Source: the human T2T-CHM13v2.0 reference genome, Homo sapiens. Taken from it: DNA of 64,000 nt. Shown here one piece after another: positions 33,914 to 45,833 of the stretch. The notes below the pieces were generated by a model. That model saw only the letters and a program-made list of their open reading frames with translations. It was not told the origin of the DNA and ran no database searches. The stretch is from the NCBI RefSeq assembly GCF_009914755.1, contig NC_060937.1. One strand, given 5' to 3'. How positions within the stretch are numbered: the stretch's first letter is position 1; every line of letters starts with the position of its first letter. A program made the position numbers and the translations under genes.

Positions 33914-34134
33914 CAATGGTTCTCACAGCTGAGGATGCTTTTCCCCCAGGGGATGTCTGCAATGTCTGGAGACATTTTTTATTGTTATGACTGGAGTTTG
34001 GGAACAGCTGTTACTTTTGCCTAGTGGGTCCAGGCCACAGGTGTTGCCAGACATCCTACAGTGCACAGGACATTCCCCCCACAATGAAGAATTATTGTCC
34101 CAAAATGTCAGGAGTGCGAGATTGGCAAGCCCTG
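33914..34134 (+). mobile_element. MER20
   Basis: 'caatggttctca...caatgtctggagacattttttattgttatgactgg...aagaattattgtcccaaaatgtca'. Confidence 0.9.
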
Positions 34135-34961
34135 GTCCAGACTGGACCTGAAGGTTAGTTTCCTGACACCACATATCAGACTCTAAATTACACAGCTAGG
34201 GGAATTTATCCAGTTTTTTGAAATAGGAAAAAAAAAAACAAAGGGACAGATGATGATGATTTCCATTTTTTCATCACCAGCAGCTGATGCTGTGAAACGA
34301 TTACAAGCTATCAGGGACATTTTAAATTCATGATTGCACCTACATGAACCTCTTCATAGGTTGCTCTTCCCTTTGACAAGAGTTTAGGACAAGGAGGCTT
34401 GTAGAGGGTGTACTGAAGACCCACCCAACATTAGACATTCTGATCTGGATTTGTTTTTCCTCTTCATTTCCTGAACTGACTTGGCTATGGATTAATGTTA
34501 TCTTTACTCTAGCTTTAAGGCCTTAAAGTGCTGATAGCCACATATAGTATATTGCATGTCATTTCCATTAGGAACCGCAGCCATCGTTAGACCTGAGATG
34601 AGTTCTACGTGCCCACTGTGCCTTAGATTTTAGACTCCATAATAATGAAATTTAACTTGGAAATGTTTCCTGTTGTATTTATATAACACTTTTTGACCTG
34701 CCCAACCCAGCAGGAAGCAAGGACAGAAAACCATAAATAGATTTTAAAAGCATTCAAATGCAGTGCAAACAATAATCCACATTCAAGGTTCAACCTTGAA
34801 ATTCCAGAAAAATTGGAGGGCTTTGTAAGGTTCACCGACCATTTGGTTCCCATCTACCTTTTTTTAGTATCTAACTTAACTGTTTTGAAAGACAATTATC
34901 ACAATGACTGTTTTTTTAAATAACCAAGATTTGCCAATATAGTTTATTTCACTAACTGTCA

Positions 34962-35338
<377 letters not shown>

Positions 35339-35394
35339 TCAGGGTCCTATCTTAGGTGGACAAGATTTCTCTGATGGAACTAATTATATATGAC

Positions 35395-35797
35395 ACTGTA
35401 TGGTGTGGTGTTTAAAATCCGGAAACCAGAGTTGGAATGCCCGGGTTTAAATCCAGCCTTCCCACTTCATTTGTGTGAGTGTGTATGGGGAGTATGTTTC
35501 CAACTTAATCCTCCAGGTCTGTTTCCTTGTGTGTAAAATGCTGATAATAACAGTATCCCCCTCATAGGTATTTTTCAGAATTACGTTAGTTAAACCAGTG
35601 ATTCTCAACATGGTCCCCAAACCAGAAGTAACAGCATCATCCCAGGCCCTATTAGAAATGCATATTCTCTGGCTCCATCCAGACCCACTAAATCAGAAGT
35701 CCTTCAGGTAGTTCTGATACAAATAACCTGTGAGTTAAACCATGTAAACCATGGATCACTGCCTGGTACATAATGAGCATTCAATAAACATTCACTT
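35395..35797 (+). mobile_element. MIR interrupted by a MER5A fragment (~35596-35720)
   Basis: MIR core and tail; 'cagtgattctcaa...ttagaaatgcatattctc...agacccactaaatcagaa'. Confidence 0.75.
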
Positions 35798-36086
<289 letters not shown>

Positions 36087-36393
36087 TTATATTCCTGTCT
36101 CTCATTTTTTTTTTTTTTAGAACAAACCTATTTCTGAAATGTTTCTGGCTTCCATATGCCTCTGGCTTTTAGGAAAGCACAAGTGGCCTGCTTGGGGTCC
36201 CTCCTGGCTTGCTGGACTTCCCGTCACTTTTTGCCTGTCGTCTTCCATGGTTCCTGCATGGATCTTGTTGCCTCAGGACCAAGCTGCCTTTGCTTTTCCA
36301 CAATGTCCATGACTATGTGGGGAAGGAAATGGACCCTCATGCTGACAGCGCATGTCCACGTTACTAGTTTCCTTTAGAAAACCATCTCCAATG

Positions 36394-36712
<319 letters not shown>

Positions 36713-37019
36713 TTAACTCCAGGGGCGCCATTCATACCCTGTTCTATAGAACCTGCCCAAGGTGTGCTCCTGAAGAAAGGGAAGGTGCTGACCTAATGGC
36801 TCCGAGAGCAGTATTTTTGATAAAGTGCAGTCTCTCAGCAAGTGTCCTCAAAGTGCTGGCCTTGCTCATGCAGTAGAGCTGGGAAAGCTTATTTGGGACT
36901 TGGGTACCACATAAGAAATAAAGAGGGAATGTCATACTAGCAGGACTTTTGACAAAAAAAGCCTGGTATGAGAGGCCCTGACACTAATATGATTCCTATT
37001 CTCACTCAAGTTAATAGAT

Positions 37020-38030
37020 CATTTAACCAATAGCAAAAAGAACCGGAAGTGTCCTCCCAAAGAGTACACTATGGAAAGGGTGGGGGGATGGAGTACCTTT
37101 ACAGTGGAGAAAAGTACCCTTACACCACCTCTGCAGGGGATCTAGGTCAACATCAGCAGTTACAAGTTACATTGACAGCATGTGGCCTTGATATGATGTG
37201 ATGAGAATGGCTCTTCACCCCTGTGGTCTTCCTCCACAAAACCCATAGCCCCAGTTAAATCATGAAAAAAGCATCAGACAGACCCCAATTGTGACCAGCA
37301 CTCCTCAAAATTATCAGGGTCCTCAAAAAAAGGAAAGTCTGAGAAACTGTCACAGTCAAGAGGAGCCTCAGGAGACAATGAAAACTAAGTGTCATGTGGA
37401 AGTTTGAACAGAATCCTGGAACAGAAAATGGACATCAGGTAAAAACTAAGAAAATCTAGATAGTGTGGACTTCAGTGAATAACAATGTGTTGATATTGAT
37501 TCATTAATTGTGACAAATCCACTACGCTAATTGCCTTAGTCTGTTCAGGCTGCAATAACAAAATACCATGGACTGAGTGGCTTATACACAACAGAAATTT
37601 ATTTCTCACAGTTCTGGATGCTGGGAAGTCTAAGACCAAGGCACTGCCAGATTTGGTGTCTGGTGAAGGTCCATCTCCTGGTCCAAACATGGCTCCTTCT
37701 CACTGTGTCTTCCCATGGTGGAAGGGACAAGAATTTCTAATTCCACTCATGAGTGCTCTGATCCCAAGACCTAATCACCTACCAAAGCCCCCACCTTCTG
37801 ATAGCATTACCTTGGGGCTTAGGATTTGAACATATGAACTGGGGAGGACTCTGGGGAAACACATTTAAACCACAGCACTAATGTAGGATGTTAATAATAA
37901 AGGAAACTGGGTGTGGGGTTTATGGAAACTCTCTTAACTTGGTATGAGGTATATGCAAACTCTCTTTAATATCTTCAGAATTTTCCTGTAAACTTTAACT
38001 TTAATCTGAACTTCTAAAAATTATAGTTAT
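37020..38030 (+). mobile_element. L1MC-type 3' region
   Basis: 'ggaaagtctgagaaactgtcacagtcaagaggagcc', 'ggaaactgggtgtggggtttatggaaactctc'. Confidence 0.8.
37532..37877 (-). mobile_element. MLT1A-type MaLR solo LTR
   Basis: 'acaacagaaatttatttctcacagttctgga'; TG...CA ends; 5-bp TSD ctaat. Confidence 0.85.
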
Positions 38031-38042
38031 ACACGCATACAC

Positions 38043-38089
<47 letters not shown>
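38043..38089. repeat. (AG)n microsatellite
   Basis: Directly visible. Confidence 0.95.
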
Positions 38090-38093
<4 letters not shown>

Positions 38094-38569
38094 ATACATA
38101 GCCTTAGTGTTGCAGGTCTAGCCTACACTTCTAGCCTTATTCCCCCTGTTTAAACCTTATAAGTCAGCCAATATAATGAAATTTCCTTAAGGTCAAGATG
38201 CTACTATGTTTATTCCCCAAAAAATTTGAAAAATAAATGAGTTTTCTTAATTTCTTAGAAGACTCAATAAAGTTGAGATCATAAAGTGTAAGTTAAGGAA
38301 GAATTCTACCTGAAGAGACTCATGAAACAAAAATGATGGTGAGGAAAGGGAGTGCTGTTTCATTGACTAGAAAAGAATTAGCAAATTAATCAGCACATTG
38401 CCTTTTAAATGTTCCACTTCAAGAGATGCACACATTTTCAGGCCCAATGGTATCGTCACTTCCAATAAAGCTTTATTGGTGGTATCTGGAGAACGCTATC
38501 CTATTATATCCTTGGCTAAGCTCACATATGAGAGACTCTTTAAAGGAACAATGCAATAGTCTTGATATT

Positions 38570-38863
38570 CATTGCAGACACTGGTTCTTGCCTACTCAAT
38601 AATTATTCCCTCACCTTCCTGACAAAGAACCCGACTTGTTCAGGTATCTCACAATGTGCTCAGGAAAGGTGGGCTCTTCCCCAGGTCCATGTGGTTAACC
38701 AGAACTGCTCTAAAACATCGTGAGAATCCCATTCACCTTTGCCAGTGATTGGTTTAAGGGTAGGGAGATTACCCAATTCTGAACAATGATATAGGAGAAG
38801 AAAGAAATTTACTAGGGGATTGATGGGAACAGGTTATTTTGTTCACTATACAGGGACACATAG
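38570..38863. mobile_element. MLT1K-like MaLR LTR, first part (split by HERV9)
   Basis: 'cccattcacctttgccagtgattggtttaaggg...cccaattctgaacaatga'; continues after 47311. Confidence 0.6.
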
Positions 38864-39709
38864 TGAGAGGTGACAATGTGCTAGCAGCCCTCACTCACTC
38901 TCAGCACCTCCTCAAATGTGGGCGTGTGGCGTGGGACTGGCAGGCAGCTCTGCCCATGGCCCCGATGTGGGATCCACTAGGCGAAGCCAGCTGGGCTCCT
39001 GAGTCAGGTGGGGACTTGGAGAACTTTTATGTCTAGCTAAAGGTTTGTAAATGCACCAATTAGCACTTTGTGTCTAGCTCAAGGTTTGTAAATGCACCAA
39101 TCAGCACCCTGTGTCTAGCTCAAGGTTTGTAAATGCACCAATCAGTGCTCTGTGTCTAGCTAATCTAGTGGGGACTTGGAGAACTTTTACATCTAGCTAG
39201 AGGATTGTAAATACACCAATCAGCACTCTGTGTCTAGTTCAGGGATTGTAAATGCACCAATCAGCACCCTGTCAAAACAGACCAATCAGCTCTCTGTAAA
39301 ACGGACCAATCAGTTCTCTGTAAAATGGGCCAATCAGCAGGATGTGGGTGGGGTCAGATAAAGGAATAAAAGCAGGCTGCCCAAGCCAGCAGTGGCAACC
39401 CGCTGGGGTGCCCTTCCACACTGTAGAAGCTCTGTTCTTTCGCTCTTTGCAATAAATCTTGCTGCTGCTAACTCTTTGGGTCCACACTGCCTTTATGAGC
39501 TGTAACACTCACCGCGAAGGTCTGCAACTTCACTCCTGAAGCCAGCGAGACCACGAACCCACCAGAAGGAAGAAACTCAGAACACATCTGAACATCAGAA
39601 GGAACAAGCGCTGGACCCACCACCTTTAAGAACTGTAACACTCCCCACGAGAGTCCACAGCTTCATTCTTGAAGTCAGTGAGACCAAGAACCCACCAATT
39701 CCGGACACT
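38864..39709 (+). promoter_or_regulatory. 5' LTR12 (LTR12D-like), internally deleted, 846 bp
   Basis: TGAGAGGTGAC start; 8 CCAAT boxes; AATAAAA TATA-like box ~39365; polyA signal AATAAA 39451; ends CCGGACAC. Confidence 0.95.
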
Positions 39710-39712
39710 TTT

Positions 39713-39730
39713 TGGCGACCCAGATGGGAC
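39713..39730 (+). other. Primer binding site, tRNA-Arg(CCG)
   Basis: TGGCGACCCAGATGGGAC is the reverse complement of the recalled tRNA-Arg-CCG 3' end GTCCCATCTGGGTCGCCA. Confidence 0.9.
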
Positions 39731-39806
39731 TATCGCCTATCACCAAGTCGTGAGACCATTGCCTATCACTGAGTGGTGAGACTGTCACCTATCGCCAAGC
39801 AGTGAG
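39729..39806 (+). repeat. 3 x 26-bp leader repeat ending in the probable major splice donor (GCA|GTGAGT)
   Basis: Units start at 39729, 39755 and 39781. Confidence 0.8.
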
Positions 39807-41021
39807 TACCATCAGACCCCTTTTGCTTGCTATTCTGTCGTATTTTTCCTTAGAATTTGGGGGCTAAATACCGGGCACCTGTCGGCCAGTTAAAAGCGAC
39901 TAGCGTGGTCGCTGGACTAAAGACACGGGTGTCAAGCTTTCTGGTAAAGGGCTTTCTAACAACCCCCGACTCTTCGGAATTGGGAGCGTTGGTTTGCCTG
40001 GAACCAGCTTCCGCTTTTCCTGTACTTCTGGGCTGAGTCGAGGGTCAACAGAGAGGAAAGCCTTGCAGCTCTGGGGTCCCAACAACAAGTTGGTTGATCC
40101 TGTGGCCATGAGTGGAACTCTCAAAGGCATGTCGCCCAAGCGAGACTCGCCCATCTATCCTATCTATCCTGACCCTTGCCCCCTGGGTCCTAATGCCTGC
40201 CAGACAAACTTCCTCTCACCTCTCTTCTCCGAGGCTAGTCCCACTTCTAAAAATTGCTCCCTGTCTCTGGTGGTTTTCTAGTTTCCCCTATAAGAATGAT
40301 TTCTAGTATAAACTCCAGGACTCTGTTATGTTCTTTAGGCACCCAGGCTGACCAATCAGAAAGACATAATTTTTGCCCAAAGCCCTGTCGTATGGGGGAC
40401 TACCTGGAATTTTAGGATCCCTCCTCAGACTAGCAAGCCTAACAAAAGCTATTCCTGAAGCTAGGATATGGGGAACCACAGAAATTTTATCCTTCCTATT
40501 CATATAAGTGAGGACAAAAGGTGTCACTCTTCCAACCCTGGAGATCCCTTCCCTCCCTCAGGGTATGGCCCTCCACTTCATTTTTGGGGCATAACATCTT
40601 TATAGGACATGGGTAAGGTCCCATTACTAACAGGGGAATGCTTAGGACTCTAACAGGTTTTCGAGAATGTGTCGGTAAGGGCCACTAAATCCGATTTTTC
40701 TCGGTCCCCCTTGTGGTCCAGGAGGACAGGCAAGGGTTTAGGTTTTTGAGAATGCATCAGTAAGGGCCACTAAATCCGACCTTCCTTGGTCCTTCATGTG
40801 GTCTGGGAGGAAAACTAGTGTTTCTGCTGCTGCGTCAGTGAGCGCAACTATTCCGATTAGCAGGGTCCAGGGACCGTTGCGGGTTCTTGGGTAGGGGTTG
40901 TTTCTGCTGCTGTGTCCGTGAGCACAACTATTCTGATCAGCAGGGTCCAGGGACCGTTGCGGGTTCTTGGGCAGGGGGAGAAACAAAACAAACCAAAACC
41001 GCAGGCAGTTTTGTCTTTCAG

Positions 41022-42479
41022 ATGGGAAACACTCAGGCATCAACAGGCTCACCCTTGAAATGCATCCTAAGCCATTGGGATCAATTTGACCCACAAACCC
41101 TGAAGCTCATTTTTTTCTGCACTATGGCTTGGCCCCAATATACCCTCTCTGATGGGGAAAAATGACCACCTGAGGGAAGTACAAATTACAATACTATCCT
41201 GAAGCTTGATCTTTTCTGTAAGAGGGAAGGCAAATGGAGTGAAATACCTTATGTCCAAGCTTTCTTTTCATTGAGGGAGAATACACAACTATGCAAAGCT
41301 TGCAAGTTACATCCCACAGGAGGACCTCTCAGCTTACCCCCATATCCTAGCCTCCCTATAGCTCCCCTTCCTATTAATGATAATCCTCTTCTAATCTCCC
41401 CTGCCCAGAAGGAAATAAGCAAAGAAATCTCCAAAGCACCACAAACCCCCCCCCCGGGCTATCGGTTATGTCCCCTTCAAGCTGTAGGGGGAGGGGAATT
41501 TGGCCCAACCCAGGTACATGTCCCCTTCTCCCTCTCTGACTTAAAGCAGATCAAGGCAGACCTGGCAAAGTTTTCAGATGATCCTGATAGGTACCTAGAT
41601 GTCCTACAGGGTCTAGGGCAAACCTTCGACCTCGCTTGGAGAGATGTCATGCTACTGTTAGATCAAACCCTGGCCTTAATGAAAAGAATGAAGCTTTAGC
41701 TGCAGCCTGAGAGTTTGGAGATACGTGGTATCTTAGTCAAGTAAATGATAGAATGACAACCAAAGAAAGGGATAAATTCCCTACCGGTCAGCAAGCCATC
41801 CCCAGTATGGATCCCCACTGGGACCTTGACTCAGATCATGAGGACTGGAGTTGTAAACATCTTTTGACCTGTGTTCTAGAAGGACTAAGGAGAATTATTA
41901 AAAAGCCCATGAATTATTCAATGATGTCCACCATAACTCAGGGAAAGGAAGAAAATCCTTCTGCCTTCCTTGAGTGACTATGGGAGGCCTTAAGAAAATA
42001 TACTCCCCTGTCACCTGAATCACTCGAGGGTCAATTGATTCTAAAAGATAAGTTTATTACCCAATCAGCCACAGATATCAGGAGAAAGTTCCAAAAGCAA
42101 GCCCTGGGCCCTGAACAAAATTTGGAGGCATTATTAAACCTGGCAACCTTGGTGTTGTATAATAGGGACCAAGAGGAACAGGCCCAAAAGGAAAAGCGAG
42201 ATCAGAGAAAGGCTGCAGCCTTAATCATGGCCCTCAGACAAACAAACCTTGGTGGCTCAGAGAGGACAGAAAATGGAGCAGGCCAATCACCACCCAGTAG
42301 GGCTTATTATCAGTGTGGTTTATTAGGACACTTTAAAAAAAGATTGTCCAATGAGACACAAGCTGTCCCCTCATCCATGTCCACTATGCCGAGGCAATCA
42401 CTGGAAGGTACACTGCCCCAGAGGACAAATGTTCTCTGGGTCAGAAGCCCCCAACCAGATGATCCGACAACAGGACTGA
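41022..42479 (+). pseudogene. gag: HERV9 gag (disrupted)
   Basis: [16 protein letters not shown] start; capsid MHR-like 'ITQGKEENPSAFLE'; Cys-His boxes; multiple stops and frameshifts; terminal TGA 42477-42479. Confidence 0.93.
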
Positions 42480-42870
42480 GGGTGCCCGGGGCAAGCGCCA
42501 GCTCATGTCATCACCCTCACTGAACCCCAGGTATGCTTAACCATTGAGGGCCAGGAAATTGACTTCCTCCTGGACACTGGTGTGGCCTTCTCAGTGTTAA
42601 TCTCCTGTTCTGGACGACTGTCCTCAAGGTCCGTTACCATCCGAGGAATCCTGGGACAGCCTGTAACCAGGTATTTCTTCCACCTCCTCAGTTGTAATTG
42701 GGAGACTTTGCTCTTTTCACATGCCTTTCTTGTTATGCCTGAAAGTCCCACACCCTTATTAGGGAGAGATATATTAGCCAAGGCTGGAGCTATTATCTAC
42801 ATGAATATGGGGAAGAAGTTACCCATTTGTTGTCCTCTACTTGAGGAGGGAATCAACCCTGACGTCTGGG
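42480..42870 (+). pseudogene. pro: HERV9 protease
   Basis: FLLDTG active site (DTG 42573-42581) and 'PTPLLGRDIL'. Confidence 0.92.
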
Positions 42871-44672
42871 CATTGGAAGGACAATTTGGAAGGGCAAAAA
42901 AATGCCTGCCCAGTCCAAATCAGGTTAAAAGATCCCGCCACTTTTCCTTATCAAAGGCAATATCCCTTAAGGCCTGAAGCTCATAAAGGATTACGTGATA
43001 TTGTTAAACATTTAAAAGCTCAAGCTTAGTAAGGAAATGCAGCAGTCTTTGCAACACCCCAATTCTAGGAGTACAAAAGCCGAATGGTCAGTGGAGATTA
43101 GTGCAAGATCTTAGACTCATCAATGAGGCAGTAATTCCTCTATATCCAGTTGTACCCAACCCCTATACCCTGCTCTCTCAAATACCAGAAGAAGCAGGAT
43201 GGTTCACAGTTCTGGACCTTAAGGATGCTGCCTTCTGCCTTCCCCTGCACTCTGACTCCCAGTTTCTCTTTGCCTTTGAGGATCCCACAGACCACACATC
43301 ACAACTTACTTGGATGGTCTTGCCCCAAGGGTTTAGGGATAGCCCTCATCTGTTTGGTGAGGCACTGGCCCAAGATCTAGGCCACTTCTAAAGTCCAGGC
43401 ACTCTGGTCCTTCAGTATGTGGATGATTTACTTTTGGCTACCATTTCAGAAGCCTCATGCCAGCAGGCTACTTTAGATCTCTTGAACTTTCTAGCTAATC
43501 AAGGATAGAGGGGTCTAGGTCGAAGACCCAGCTTTGCCTACAGCAGGTCAAATATCTAGACCTAATCTTAGCCAGAGGGACCAGGGCCCTCAGCAAGGAA
43601 TGAATACAGCCTATACTGGCTTATCCTTGCCCTAAGACATTAAAACAGTTGCGGGGGTTCCTTGGAATTACTGGCTTTTTCTGACCATGGATCCCCAGAT
43701 ACAGCGAGATAGCCAGGCCCCTCTATACTCTAATCAAGGAAACCCAGAGGGCAAATATTCATCTAGTAGAATGGGAACCAGAGGCAGAAACAGCCTTCAA
43801 AACCTTAAAGCAGGCCCTCGCACAAGCTCCAGTTTTAAGCCTTCTGACAGGACAAAACTTCTCTTTATACGTCACAGAGAGAGCAGGGATAGCTCTTGGA
43901 GTCCTTACTCAGACTCGTGGGACAACCACACAACCAGTGGCAGGTATACATAAGTAAGGAAATTGATGTAGTATCAAAAGGCTGGCCTCACTGTGGTGGT
44001 GGCCATGTTAGTGTCAGAGGCTATCAAGATACTACAAGGAAAAGATCTCACTGTCTGGACTACTCATGATGTAAATGGCACACTAGGTGCCAAAGGAAGT
44101 TTATGGCTATCAGACAACCACCTACTTAGATACCAGGCACTACTTCTTGAGGGACTGGTGCTTCAAATATGCATGTGCGTGGCCCTCAACCCTGCCACTT
44201 TTCTCCCAGAGGATGGGGAACCAATTGAGCATGGCTGCCAACAAATTATAGTCCAGACTTATGCCACCCGAGATGGTCTCTTAGAAGTCCCCTTAGCTAA
44301 TCCTGACCTTAACCTATATACCAATGGAAGTTCATTTGTGAAGAATGGGATACGAAGGGCAGGTTACACCATAGTTAGTGATGTAACTGTACTTGAAAGT
44401 AAGCCTCTTCCCCCAGGGACAAGTGCCCAGTTAGCAGAACTAGTGGCACTTACCCGAGCCTTAGTACTGGGAAAGGGAAAAAGAATAAATGTGTATACAG
44501 ATAGCAAGTATGCTTATGTAATCCTACATGCCCATGCTGCAATATGGAAAGAAAGGGAGTTCCCAACCTCGGGGAACCCCCATTAAATGCCACAAGGAAA
44601 TCATGGAGTTACTGTACATAGTGCAAAAACCGAAGAAGGTGGCAGTCTTACACTGCCAAAGCCATCAAAAGG
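42871..44672 (+). pseudogene. pol: HERV9 pol (RT plus RNase H; integrase absent)
   Basis: QDLR, VLDLKDA, LPQG, YVDD (43416-43427); RNase H 'YTNGSS' (D to N), 'SAQLAELVAL', 'YTDSKYA'; stops and frameshifts. Confidence 0.93.
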
Positions 44673-44897
44673 GGAAGGAGAAGGGAGAACAGCAGCATAA
44701 GCGTATGGCAGAGGCAGAAGAAATGAAAGACAGAAAGAGACAAGAAGTCAGAGAGGAAGAGATAGAGAGACAAAGAGAGAAAGAGAAAGACAGGAAGTCA
44801 AAGAGAAGGAGACAGAGAGAGGAAGAGACAGACAGAGGCAGTCAGAAAGAGAGAGACGAAGAAGTCAAAGACAGAGATAGAAGTAGTAAAGAAAAAA
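44670..44897 (+). repeat. Purine-rich (AG) low-complexity spacer in place of integrase and most of SU
   Basis: gagagagacaaagagag-type tract between RNase H and the env remnant. Confidence 0.85.
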
Positions 44898-44899
44898 CA

Positions 44900-45680
44900 G
44901 TGTATCCTATTCCTTTAAAAGCCAGGGTAAAGTTCTGTCTACCCAGCCAAGGTATATTCTTCCTATGTGGAATGTGGACCTACATCTGCCTCCCCACTAA
45001 CTGGATAGGCACCTGCACCTTAGTCTTTCTAAGTCCCAACATTAACATTGCCCCAGGAAATCAGAGCCTATCAGTACCCCTCAAAACTCAAGTCTGTCAG
45101 TGCAGAGCCATACAACTGATACCACTACTTACAGGGTTAGGAATAGTTACTGCTACAGGAACCGGAATAGCCAGTTTATCTACTTCATTATCCTACTACC
45201 AGACACTCTCAAAGGATTTTTCAGACAGTTTGCAAGAAATAACGAAATCTATCCTTACTCTACAATCCCAAATAGACTCTTTGACAGCAGTGACTCTCCA
45301 AAACCACCGAGGCCTAGACCTCCTCACTGCTGAGAAAGGAGGACTCTGCACCTTCTTAGGGGAAGACTGTTGTTTTTACACTAACCAGTCATGGATAGTG
45401 TGAGATGCCACCCGGTGTTTACAGGAAAAGGCTTCTGAAATCAGGCAACGTCTTTCAAACTCTTATACCAACCTCTGGAGTTGGGCCACATGGCTTCTCC
45501 CTCCCCTTTCTAGGTCCTGTGGCAGCCATCTTGCTGTTACTTGCCTTTGGGCCCTGTATTTTTAACCTTCTTGTCAAATTTGTTTCCTCTAGAATCGAGG
45601 CCATCAAGCTACAGATGGTCTTACAAATGGAACCCCAAATGAGTTCAACTAACAACTTCTACCGAGGACACCTGGACTGA
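44900..45680 (+). pseudogene. env: HERV9 env remnant (SU C-terminus plus TM)
   Basis: Fusion peptide, ISD LQNHRGLDLLTAEKGGLC, CX6CC, TM anchor in another frame; TGA at 45401-45403. Confidence 0.93.
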
Positions 45681-45822
45681 CCTGCTGGCCCTTCCACTGG
45701 CCTAAAGAGTTCCCCTCTGGAGGACACTACAACTGCAGGGCCCCTTCATCGCCCCTATCCAGCAGGAAGTAGCTAGAGCGGTCATCGGCCAAATTCCCAA
45801 CAGCAGTTGGAGTGTCCAGTTT

Positions 45823-45832
45823 AGAGGGGGGA
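45823..45832 (+). other. Polypurine tract
   Basis: AGAGGGGGGA immediately before the 3' LTR. Confidence 0.9.
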
Positions 45833-45833
45833 T

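Noticed and set aside
38854-38863. 5' flank GGACAC-ATAG mimics the LTR end GGACACA-ATAG
   Set aside because: Only 6 bp and explained by the host MLT1 sequence; no evidence for a further LTR or homology-directed insertion
39037-39340. Regular ~41-bp repeats (also 46360-46840) superficially resembling a CRISPR array
   Set aside because: No unique spacers or cas genes; these are the standard LTR12 CCAAT enhancer repeats
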